A stretch of DNA of 64,000 nucleotides, taken from NCBI RefSeq assembly GCF_009914755.1, contig NC_060934.1. The stretch is one strand, 5' to 3'. This DNA is from the human T2T-CHM13v2.0 reference genome, Homo sapiens. Under the pieces are notes generated by a model. It had not been told where the DNA came from. It worked only from the letters and a program-made list of their open reading frames with translations, and made no database searches. Made by a program: the position numbers and the translations under genes. Shown here piece after piece: positions 53,101 through 64,000 of this stretch (positions are counted from its first letter, which is position 1; the number at the start of each line of letters is the position of its first letter).

Positions 53101-56100
53101 TCATATTAAAAGTACACAGAGTCATTCGTAGAAACTAGTTTGTGATGTGTGCCTTCAACTCACAGAGTTTAACCTTTCTTTTCATAGAGCAGTTGGGAAA
53201 CACTCTATTTGTAAAGTCTGCAAGTGGATATTTGGACCTCTTTGAGGCCTTCGTTGGAAACGGGATTTCTTCATATAACGCTAGACAGAAGAATTCTCAG
53301 TAACTTCTTTGTGTTGTGTGTATTCAACTCACAGAGTTGAACCTTTCTTTAGAGGGAGCAGAGGTGAAACACTCTTTTTGTGGAATTTGCTAGTGTAGAT
53401 TTCAAACGCTTCGAAGACAGTGATAGAAAAGGATATATCTTCGTATTAAAAGTAGACAAAATCATTCTCAGAAAACTCTTTGTGATGTGTGTGTTCAACT
53501 CACAGAGTTTAACCTTTCTTTAATCGAGCAGTTTGGAAATACACTCTTTGTAAGTCTGCAGGTGGATATTTGGCCCTCTTTGAGCCCTTCGTTGGAAACG
53601 GGATTTCCTCATATAATGCTAGACAGAAGAATTCTCAGTAACTTCTTTGTGTTGTTTGTATTCAACACACAGATTTGAACCTTCCTTTAGAGAGAGCAGA
53701 TTTGAAACACTCTGTTTTTGGAATTTGCAAGTGCAGATTTCAAGCGCTTCTAGGCCTATGGCAGAAAAGGAAATATCTTCGTATAAAAACTACACAGAAT
53801 CATTCTCAACAACTACTTTGTGATGTGTGCGTTCAACTCACAGAGTTTAACCTTTCTTTTCATAGAGCAGTTTGGAAACACTCTGTTTGTAAAGCCTGCA
53901 AGTGCTTTTTTGGACTTCATTGAGGCCTTCGTTGGAAACGGGATTTCTTCATATAATGCTAGACAGAAGAATTCTCAGTCACTTCTTTGTGTTGTGTGTA
54001 TTCAAGTCACAGAGTTGAGCCTTCCTTTAGACAGAGCAGTTTTGAAAAATTCTTTCTGTGGAGTTTGCAAGTGGAGATTTCAAGCGATTTGAGGCTAATC
54101 TTTGAAATGGAAATATCTTCGTGTAAAAACTACACAGAATCATTCTCAGAAACTGCTTTGTCATCTGTGCGTTCAGTTCACAGAGTTTCACCTTTCTCTT
54201 CATAGAGCAGATTGGAAAGACTCTGTCTGTAAAGTCTGCAAGTGATTAGTTAGACCCCTTTGAGGCCTTCGTTGGAAGCGGGATTTCTCATTTACTGCTA
54301 GACAGAAGAATTCTCAGTAAATCCTTTGTGTTGTGTGTATTCAACTCACAGAGTGAAACCTTCCTTTATTCAGAGCAGTTTTGAAAAACACTTTTTGTGG
54401 AATTTGCAAGTGGAGATTTCAAGCGATTTGACGCCAATCTTAGACATGGAAATATCTTCATATTAAAAGTACACAGAGTCATTCGTAGAAACTAGTTTGT
54501 GATGTGTGCCTTCAACTCACAGAGTTTAACCTTTCTTTTCATAGAGCAGTTTGGAAACACTCTATTTGTAAAGTCTGCAAGTGGATATTTGGACCTCTTT
54601 GAGGCCTTCGTTGGAAACGGGATTTCTTCATACAACGCTAGACAGAAGAATTCTCAGTAACTTCTTTGTGTTGTGTGTATTCAACTCACAGAGTTGAACC
54701 TTTCTTTAGAGAGAGCAGAGTTGAAACACTCTGTTTTTGGAATTTGCAACTGCAGATTTCAAGCCATTCTAGGCCTATGGCAGAAAAGGAAATATCTTCG
54801 TATAAAAACTACACAGAATCATTCTCAACAACTACTTTGTGATGTGTGCGTTCAACTCACAGAGTTTAACCTTTCTTTTCATAGAGCAGTTTGGAAACAC
54901 TCTGTTTGTAAAGCCTGCAAGTGCTTTTTTGGACTTCATTGAGGCCTTCGTTGGAAACGGGATTTCTTCATATAATGCTAGACAGAAGAATTCTCAGTCA
55001 CTTCTTTGTGTTGTGTGTATTCAAGTCACAGAGTTGAACCTTCCTTTAGACAGAGCAGTTTTGAAAAATTCTTTCTGTGGAGTTTGCAAGTGGAGATTTC
55101 AAGCGATTGGAGGCTAATCTTTGAAATGGAAATATCTTCGTGTAAAAACTACACAGAATCATTCTCAGAAACTGCTTTGTCATCTGTGCGTTCAGTTCAC
55201 AGAGTTTCACCTTTCTCTTCATAGAGCAGTTTGGAAAGACTCTGTCTGTAAAGTCTGCAAGTGATTAGTTAGACCCCTTTGAGGCCTTCGTTGGAAGCGG
55301 GATTTCTCATTTACTGCTAGACAGAAGAATTCTCAGTAAATCCTTTGTGTTGTGTGTATTCAACTCACAGAGTGGAACCTTCCTTTATTCAGAGCAGTTT
55401 TGAAACACTCTTTTTGTGGAATTTGCAAGTGGAGATTTCAAGCGATTTGACGCCAATCTTAGACATGGAAATATCTTCATATTAAAAGTACACAGAGTCA
55501 TTCGTAGAAACTAGTTTGTGATGTGTGCCTTCAACTCACAGAGTTTAACCTTTCTTTTCATAGAGCAGTTGGGAAACACTCTATTTGTAAAGTCTGCAAG
55601 TGGATATTTGGACCTCTTTGAGGCCTTCGTTGGAAACGGGATTTCTTCATATAACGCTAGACAGAAGAATTCTCAGTAACTTCTTTGTGTTGTGTGTATT
55701 CAACTCACAGAGTTGAACCTTTCTTTAGAGGGAGCAGAGGTGAAACACTCTTTTTGTGGAATTTGCTAGTGTAGATTTCAAACGCTTCGAAGACAGTGAT
55801 AGAAAAGGATATATCTTCGTATTAAAAGTAGACAAAATCATTCTCAGAAAACTCTTTGTGATGTGTGTGTTCAACTCACAGAGTTTAACCTTTCTTTAAT
55901 CGAGCAGTTTGGAAATACACTCTTTGTAAGTCTGCAGGTGGATATTTGGCCCTCTTTGAGCCCTTCGTTGGAAACGGGATTTCCTCATATAATGCTAGAC
56001 AGAAGAATTCTCAGTAACTTCTTTGTGTTGTTTGTATTCAACACACAGATTTGAACCTTCCTTTAGAGAGAGCAGATTTGAAACACTCTGTTTTTGGAAT

Positions 56101-56683
56101 TTGCAAGTGCAGATTTCAAGCGCTTCTAGGCCTATGGCAGAAAAGGAAATATCTTCGTATAAAAACTACACAGAATCATTCTCAACAACTACTTTGTGAT
56201 GTGTGCGTTCAACTCACAGAGGTTAACCTTTCTTTTCATAGAGCAGTTTGGAAACACTCTGTTTGTAAAGCCTGCAAGTGCTTTTTTGGACTTCATTGAG
56301 GCCTTCGTTGGAAACGGGATTTCTTCATATAATGCTAGACAGAAGAATTCTCAGTCACTTCTTTGTGTTGTGTGTATTCAAGTCACAGAGTTGAGCCTTC
56401 CTTTAGACAGAGCAGTTTTGAAAAATTCTTTCTGTGGAGTTTGCAAGTGGAGATTTCAAGCGATTTGAGGCTAATCTTTGAAATGGAAATATCTTCGTGT
56501 AAAAACTACACAGAATCATTCTCAGAAACTGCTTTGTCATCTGTGCGTTCAGTTCACAGAGTTTCACCTTTCTCTTCATAGAGCAGTTTGGAAAGACTCT
56601 GTCTGTAAAGTCTGCAAGTGATTAGTTAGACCCCTTTGAGGCCTTCGTTGGAAGCGGGATTTCTCATTTACTGCTAGACAGAA

Positions 56684-57700
56684 GAATTCTCAGTAAATCC
56701 TTTGTGTTGTGTGTATTCAACTCACAGAGTGGAACCTTCCTTTATTCAGAGCAGTTTTGAAAAACACTTTTTGTGGAATTTGCAAGTGGAGATTTCAAGC
56801 GATTTGACGCCAATCTTAGACATGGAAATATCTTCATATTAAAAGTACACAGAGTCATTCGTAGAAACTAGTTTGTGATGTGTGCCTTCAACTCACAGAG
56901 TTTAACCTTTCTTTAATCGAGCAGTTTGGAAATACACTCTTTGTAAGTCTGCAGGTGGATATTTGGCCCTCTTTGAGCCCTTCGTTGGAAACGGGATTTC
57001 CTCATATAATGCTAGACAGAAGAATTCTCAGTAACTTCTTTGTGTTGTTTGTATTCAACACACAGATTTGAACCTTCCTTTAGAGAGAGCAGATTTGAAA
57101 CACTCTGTTTTTGGAATTTGCAAGTGCAGATTTCAAGCGCTTCTAGGCCTATGGCAGAAAAGGAAATATCTTCGTATAAAAACTACACAGAATCATTCTC
57201 AACAACTACTTTGTGATGTGTGCGTTCAACTCACAGAGTTTAACCTTTCTTTTCATAGAGCAGTTTGGAAACACTGTGTTTGTAAAGCCTGCAAGTGCTT
57301 TTTTGGACTTCATTGAGGCCTTCGTTGGAAACGGGATTTCTTCATATAATGCTAGACAGAAGAATTCTCAGTCACTTCTTTGTGTTGTGTGTATTCAAGT
57401 CACAGAGTTGAGCCTTCCTTTAGACAGAGCAGTTTTGAAAAATTCTTTCTGTGGAGTTTGCAAGTGGAGATTTCAAGCGATTTGAGGCTAATCTTTGAAA
57501 TGGAAATATCTTCGTGTAAAAACTACACAGAATCATTCTCAGAAACTGCTTTGTCATCTGTGCGTTCAGTTCACAGAGTTTCACCTTTCTCTTCATAGAG
57601 CAGTTTGGAAAGACTCTGTCTGTAAAGTCTGCAAGTGATTAGTTAGACCCCTTTGAGGCCTTCGTTGGAAGCGGGATTTCTCATTTACTGCTAGACAGAA
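56684..57700 (+). repeat. Second copy of the 1017-bp A/B-C-D variant 6-mer
   Basis: Same junction and the same private SNV CACTGTGTTT, 10521 bp downstream of the first copy. Confidence 0.9.
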
Positions 57701-60700
57701 GAATTCTCAGTAAATCCTTTGTGTTGTGTGTATTCAACTCACAGAGTGGAACCTTCCTTTATTCAGAGCAGTTTTGAAAAACACTTTTTGTGGAATTTGC
57801 AAGTGGAGATTTCAAGCGATTTGACGCCAATCTTAGACATGGAAATATCTTCATATTAAAAGTACACAGAGTCATTCGTAGAAACTAGTTTGTGATGTGT
57901 GCCTTCAACTCACAGAGTTTAACCTTTCTTTTCATAGAGCAGTTTGGAAACACTCTATTTGTAAAGTCTGCAAGTGGATATTTGGACCTCTTTGAGGCCT
58001 TCGTTGGAAACGGGATTTCTTCATACAACGCTAGACAGAAGAATTCTCAGTAACTTCTTTGTGTTGTGTGTATTCAACTCACAGAGTTGAACCTTTCTTT
58101 AGAGAGAGCAGAGTTGAAACACTCTGTTTTTGGAATTTGCAACTGCAGATTTCAAGCGATTCTAGGCCTATGGCAGAAAAGGAAATATCTTCGTATAAAA
58201 ACTACACAGAATCATTCTCAACAACTACTTTGTGATGTGTGCGTTCAACTCACAGAGTTTAACCTTTCTTTTCATAGAGCAGTTTGGAAACACTCTGTTT
58301 GTAAAGCCTGCAAGTGCTTTTTTGGACTTCATTGAGGCCTTCGTTGGAAACGGGATTTCTTCATATAATGCTAGACAGAAGAATTCTCAGTCACTTCTTT
58401 GTGTTGTGTGTATTCAAGTCACAGAGTTGAACCTTCCTTTAGACAGAGCAGTTTTGAAAAATTCTTTCTGTGTAATTTGCAAGTGGAGATTTCAAGCGAT
58501 TTGAGGCTAATCTTTGAAATGGAAATATCTTCGTGTAAAAACTACACAGAATCATTCTCAGAAACTGCTTTGTCATCTGTGCGTTCAGTTCACAGAGTTT
58601 CATCTTTCTCTTCATAGAGCAGTTTGGAAAGACTCTGTCTGTAAAGTCTGCAAGTGATTAGTTAGACCCCTTTGAGGCCTTCGTTGGAAGCGGGATTTCT
58701 CATTTACTGCTAGACAGAAGAATTCTCAGTAAATCCTTTGTGTTGTGTGTATTCAACTCACAGAGTGGAACCTTCCTTTATTCAGAGCAGTTTTGAAACA
58801 CTCTTTTTGTGGAATTTGCAAGTGGAGATTTCAAGCGATTTGACGCCAATCTTAGACATGGAAATATCTTCATATTAAAAGTACACAGAGTCATTCGTAG
58901 AAACTAGTTTGTGATGTGTGCCTTCAACTCACAGAGTTTAACCTTTCTTTTCATAGAGCAGTTGGGAAACACTCTATTTGTAAAGTCTGCAAGTGGATAT
59001 TTGGACCTCTTTGAGGCCTTCGTTGGAAACGGGATTTCTTCATATAACGCTAGACAGAAGAATTCTCAGTAACTTCTTTGTGTTGTGTGTATTCAACTCA
59101 CAGAGTTGAACCTTTCTTTAGAGGGAGCAGAGGTGAAACACTCTTTTTGTGGAATTTGCTAGTGTAGATTTCAAACGCTTCGAAGACAGTGATAGAAAAG
59201 GATATATCTTCGTATTAAAAGTAGACAAAATCATTCTCAGAAAACTCTTTGTGATGTGTGTGTTCAACTCACAGAGTTTAACCTTTCTTTAATCGAGCAG
59301 TTTGGAAATACACTCTTTGTAAGTCTGCAGGTGGATATTTGGCCCTCTTTGAGCCCTTTGTTGGAAACGGGATTTCCTCATATAATGCTAGACAGAAGAA
59401 TTCTCAGTAACTTCTTTGTGTTGTTTGTATTCAACACACAGATTTGAACCTTCATTTAGAGAGAGCAGATTTGAAACACTCTGTTTTTGGAATTTGCAAG
59501 TGCAGACTTCAAGCGCTTCTAGGCCTATGGCAGAAAAGGAAATATCTTCGTATAAAAACTACACAGAATCATTCTCAACAACTACTTTGTGATGTGTGCG
59601 TTCAACTCACAGAGTTTAACCTTTCTTTTCATAGAGCAGTTTGGAAACACTCTGTTTGTAAAGCCTGCAAGTGCTTTTTTGGACTTCATTGAGGCCTTCG
59701 TTGGAAACGGGATTTCTTCATATAATGCTAGACAGAAGAATTCTCAGTCACTTCTTTGTGTTGTGTGTATTCAAGTCACAGAGTTGAACCTTCCTTTAGA
59801 CAGAGCAGTTTTGAAAAATTCTTTCTGTGGAGTTTGCAAGTGGAGATTTCAAGCGATTTGAGGCTAATCATTGAAATGGAAATATCTTCGTGTAAAAACT
59901 ACACAGAATCATTCTCAGAAACTGCTTTGTCATCTGTGCGTTCAGTTCACAGAGTTTCACCTTTCTCTTCATAGAGCAGTTTGGAAAGACTCTGTCTGTA
60001 AAGTCTGCAAGTGATTAGTTAGACCCCTTTGAGGCCTTCGTTGGAAGCGGGATTTCTCATTTACTGCTAGACAGAAGAATTCTCAGTAAATCCTTTGTGT
60101 TGTGTGTATTCAACTCACAGAGTGGAACCTTCCTTTATTCAGAGCAGTTTTGAAACACTCTTTTTGTGGAATTTGCAAGTGGAGATTTCAAGCGATTTGA
60201 CGCCAATCTTAGACATGGAAATATCTTCATATTAAAAGTACACAGAGTCATTCGTAGAAACTAGTTTGTGATGTGTGCCTTCAACTCACAGAGTTTAACC
60301 TTTCTTTTCATAGAGCAGTTGGGAAACACTCTATTTGTAAAGTCTGCAAGTGGATATTTGGACCTCTTTGAGGCCTTCGTTGGAAACGGGATTTCTTCAT
60401 ATAACGCTAGACAGAAGAATTCTCAGTAACTTCTTTGTGCTGTGTGTATTCAACTCACAGAGTTGAACCTTTCTTTAGAGGGAGCAGAGGTGAAACACTC
60501 TTTTTGTGGAATTTGCTAGTGTAGATTTCAAACGCTTCGAAGACAGTGATAGAAAAGGATATATCTTCGTATTAAAAGTAGACAAAATCATTCTCAGAAA
60601 ACTCTTTGTGATGTGTGTGTTCAACTCACAGAGTTTAACCTTTCTTTAATCGAGCAGTTTGGAAATACACTCTTTGTAAGTCTGCAGGTGGATATTTGGC

Positions 60701-63700
60701 CCTCTTTGAGCCCTTCGTTGGAAACGGGATTTCCTCATATAATGCTAGACAGAAGAATTCTCAGTAACTTCTTTGTGTTGTTTGTATTCAACACACAGAT
60801 TTGAACCTTCCTTTAGAGAGAGCAGATTTGAAACACTCTGTTTTTGGAATTTGCAAGTGCAGATTTCAAGCGCTTCTAGGCCTATGGCAGAAAAGGAAAT
60901 ATCTTCGTATAAAAACTACACAGAATCATTCTCAACAACTACTTTGTGATGTGTGCGTTCAACTCACAGAGTTTAACCTTTCTTTTCATAGAGCAGTTTG
61001 GAAACACTCTGTTTGTAAAGCCTGCAAGTGCTTTTTTGGACTTCATTGAGGCCTTCGTTGGAAACGGGATTTCTTCATATAATGCTAGACAGAAGAATTC
61101 TCAGTCACTTCTTTGTGTTGTGTGTATTCAAGTCACAGAGTTGAGCCTTCCTTTAGACAGAGCAGTTTTGAAAAATTCTTTCTGTGGAGTTTGCAAGTGG
61201 AGATTTCAAGCGATTTGAGGCTAATCTTTGAAATGGAAATATCTTCGTGTAAAAACTACACAGAATCATTCTCAGAAACTGCTTTGTCATCTGTGCGTTC
61301 AGTTCACAGAGTTTCACCTTTCTCTTCATAGAGCAGTTTGGAAAGACTCTGTCTGTAAAGTCTGCAAGTGATTAGTTAGACCCCTTTGAGGCCTTCGTTG
61401 GAAGCGGGATTTCTCATTTACTGCTAGACAGAAGAATTCTCAGTAAATCCTTTGTGTTGTGTGTATTCAACTCACAGAGTGGAACCTTCCTTTATTCAGA
61501 GCAGTTTTGAAAAACACTTTTTGTGGAATTTGCAAGTGGAGATTTCAAGCGATTTGACGCCAATCTTAGACATGGAAATATCTTCATATTAAAAGTACAC
61601 AGAGTCATTCGTAGAAACTAGTTTGTGATGTGTGCCTTCAACTCACAGAGTTTAACCTTTCTTTTCATAGAGCAGTTTGGAAACACTCTATTTGTAAAGT
61701 CTGCAAGTGGATATTTGGACCTCTTTGAGGCCTTCGTTGGAAACGGGATTTCTTCATACAACGCTAGACAGAAGAATTCTCAGTAACTTCTTTGTGTTGT
61801 GTGTATTCAACTCACAGAGTTGAACCTTTCTTTAGAGAGAGCAGAGTTGAAACACTCTGTTTTTGGAATTTGCAACTGCAGATTTCAAGCGATTCTAGGC
61901 CTATGGCAGAAAAGGAAATATCTTCGTATAAAAACTACACAGAATCATTCTCAACAACTACTTTGTGATGTGTGCGTTCAACTCACAGAGTTTAACCTTT
62001 CTTTTCATAGAGCAGTTTGGAAACACTCTGTTTGTAAAGCCTGCAAGTGCTTTTTTGGACTTCATTGAGGCCTTCGTTGGAAACGGGATTTCTTCATATA
62101 ATGCTAGACAGAAGAATTCTCAGTCACTTCTTTGTGTTGTGTGTATTCAAGTCACAGAGTTGAACCTTCCTTTAGACAGAGCAGTTTTGAAAAATTCTTT
62201 CTGTGTAATTTGCAAGTGGAGATTTCAAGCGATTTGAGGCTAATCTTTGAAATGGAAATATCTTCGTGTAAAAACTACACAGAATCATTCTCAGAAACTG
62301 CTTTGTCATCTGTGCGTTCAGTTCACAGAGTTTCACCTTTCTCTTCATAGAGCAGTTTGGAAAGACTCTGTCTGTAAAGTCTGCAAGTGATTAGTTAGAC
62401 CCCTTTGAGGCCTTCGTTGGAAGCGGGATTTCTCATTTACTGCTAGACAGAAGAATTCTCAGTAAATCCTTTGTGTTGTGTGTATTCAACTCACAGAGTG
62501 GAACCTTCCTTTATTCAGAGCAGTTTTGAAACACTCTTTTTGTGGAATTTGCAAGTGGAGATTTCAAGCGATTTGACGCCAATCTTAGACATGGAAATAT
62601 CTTCATATTAAAAGTACACAGAGTCATTCGTAGAAACTAGTTTGTGATGTGTGCCTTCAACTCACAGAGTTTAACCTTTCTTTTCATAGAGCAGTTGGGA
62701 AACACTCTATTTGTAAAGTCTGCAAGTGGATATTTGGACCTCTTTGAGGCCTTCGTTGGAAACGGGATTTCTTCATATAACGCTAGACAGAAGAATTCTC
62801 AGTAACTTCTTTGTGTTGTGTGTATTCAACTCACAGAGTTGAACCTTTCTTTTGAGGGAGCAGAGGTGAAACACTCTTTTTGTGGAATTTGCTAGTGTAG
62901 ATTTCAAACGCTTCGAAGACAGTGATAGAAAAGGATATATCTTCGTATTAAAAGTAGACAAAATCATTCTCAGAAAACTCTTTGTGATGTGTGTGTTCAA
63001 CTCACAGAGTTTAACCTTTCTTTAATCGAGCAGTTTGGAAATACACTCTTTGTAAGTCTGCAGGTGGATATTTGGCCCTCTTTGAGCCCTTCGTTGGAAA
63101 CGGGATTTCCTCATATAATGCTAGACAGAAGAATTCTCAGTAACTTCTTTGTGTTGTTTGTATTCAACACACAGATTTGAACCTTCCTTTAGAGAGAGCA
63201 GATTTGAAACACTCTGTTTTTGGAATTTGCAAGTGCAGATTTCAAGCGCTTCTAGGCCTATGGCAGAAAAGGAAATATCTTCGTATAAAAACTACACAGA
63301 ATCATTCTCAACAACTACTTTGTGATGTGTGCGTTCAACTCACAGAGTTTAACCTTTCTTTTCATAGAGCAGTTTGGAAACACTCTGTTTGTAAAGCCTG
63401 CAAGTGCTTTTTTGGACTTCATTGAGGCCTTCGTTGGAAACGGGATTTCTTCATATAATGCTAGACAGAAGAATTCTCAGTCACTTCTTTGTGTTGTGTG
63501 TATTCAAGTCACAGAGTTGAACCTTCCTTTAGACAGAGCAGTTTTGAAAAATTCTTTCTGTGGAGTTTGCAAGTGGAGATTTCAAGCGATTTGAGGCTAA
63601 TCTTTGAAATGGAAATATCTTCGTGTAAAAACTACACAGAATCATTCTCAGAAACTGCTTTGTCATCTGTGCGTTCAGTTCACAGAGTTTCACCTTTCTC

Positions 63701-64000
63701 TTCATAGAGCAGTTTGGAAAGACTCTGTCTGTAAAGTCTGCAAGTGATTAGTTAGACCCCTTTGAGGCCTTCGTTGGAAGCGGGATTTCTCATTTACTGC
63801 TAGACAGAAGAATTCTCAGTAAATCCTTTGTGTTGTGTGTATTCAACTCACAGAGTGGAACCTTCCTTTATTCAGAGCAGTTTTGAAAAACACTTTTTGT
63901 GGAATTTGCAAGTGGAGATTTCAAGCGATTTGACGCCAATCTTAGACATGGAAATATCTTCATATTAAAAGTACACAGAGTCATTCGTAGAAACTAGTTT

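Larger units (their letters stand above)
1..64000 (+). repeat. Centromeric alpha satellite HOR array, SF1-type dimeric, CENP-B-box rich, highly homogeneous (live-type array)
   Basis: Alphoid motifs (CATTCTCAGAAACT, TTCAACTCACAGAGTT, AGAGCAGTTTGGAAACACTC) recur every ~170 bp. GAATTC occurs at 3, 343, 683, 1022, 1362, 1700, 2040, 2379... (338-340 bp). Near-identical ORF translations recur at 1019/1357-bp spacing to the end of the window. Confidence 0.99.
1..64000 (+). other. D10Z1: Probable human chromosome 10 active centromeric array (D10Z1 / S1C10H1L)
   Basis: Seen: SF1-type dimers, co-existing 6-mer and 8-mer HORs, one GTAC (RsaI; AAAAGTACACAG in dimer A) per HOR giving 1.02/1.36-kb fragments. 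Recalled: D10Z1 is described as RsaI 6-mer/8-mer units. Other SF1 arrays (D12Z3 8-mer, D7Z1 6-mer) are not excluded without alignment. Confidence 0.75.

Noticed and set aside
62773-63000. Isolated 75-aa minus-strand ORF
   Set aside because: Created by one substitution (TTTAGAGG>TTTTGAGG near 62853) that removes a stop codon in an otherwise ordinary B dimer.
368-63707. About 190 short ORFs (63-92 aa; MCIQLTEL..., MMCAFNSQ..., MCCVYSSH..., MCVQLTEF..., MNLPLERA...)
   Set aside because: They overlap in different frames, mostly begin at GTG/TTG, recur exactly with the satellite period and resemble no protein family I recognise. They are chance open frames, used here only as positional landmarks.
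3-63809. The 6/8 order as an encoded message or deterministic quasi-periodic pattern
   Set aside because: SNV-supported nested duplications account for the order; nothing in the sequence supports a coding role.
1-64000. CRISPR-like or other repeat-spacer system (constant CENP-B box/EcoRI block separated by variable sequence)
   Set aside because: The intervening sequences are homologous alphoid monomers that themselves repeat; there are no unique spacers, leader or cas genes.
1-64000. Transposon insertion, inversion or non-satellite island
   Set aside because: All landmark intervals sum exactly to HOR lengths (62788 bp between 701 and 63489). I saw no poly-A tail, Alu/L1 sequence or reverse-strand CENP-B box.

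Overview
The whole 64 kb window is one uninterrupted, single-orientation array of primate (human-type) centromeric alpha satellite. It has ~170-bp monomers arranged as ~340-bp EcoRI dimers, with a CENP-B box in every second monomer (suprachromosomal family 1 style). There are four dimer types, labelled here A (340 bp), B (338), C (340) and D (339). They build two interleaved higher-order repeats (HORs): an 8-mer ABCD (1357 bp) and a 6-mer A-C'-D (1019 bp). Between 3 and 63809 I count 53 complete units: 28 x 1357, 22 x 1019, 2 x 1017 and 1 x 1359 bp. The 6-mer/8-mer mix with one RsaI site per unit best fits the live chromosome 10 array (D10Z1 / S1C10H1L); that assignment is from recall and has not been aligned. 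I see no genes, RNA genes, transposons, inversions or CRISPR arrays, and all listed ORFs are by-products of the repeat. I cannot support a new biological system here. What is worth a second look is the array's internal history: 14-mer and 22-mer super-repeats, a ~10.5-kb tandem duplication, a ~24-28-kb-offset duplicate block, rare hybrid HOR variants whose junctions share one 28-bp block, and CpG-decayed CENP-B boxes. All counts were made by eye plus ORF-coordinate arithmetic.
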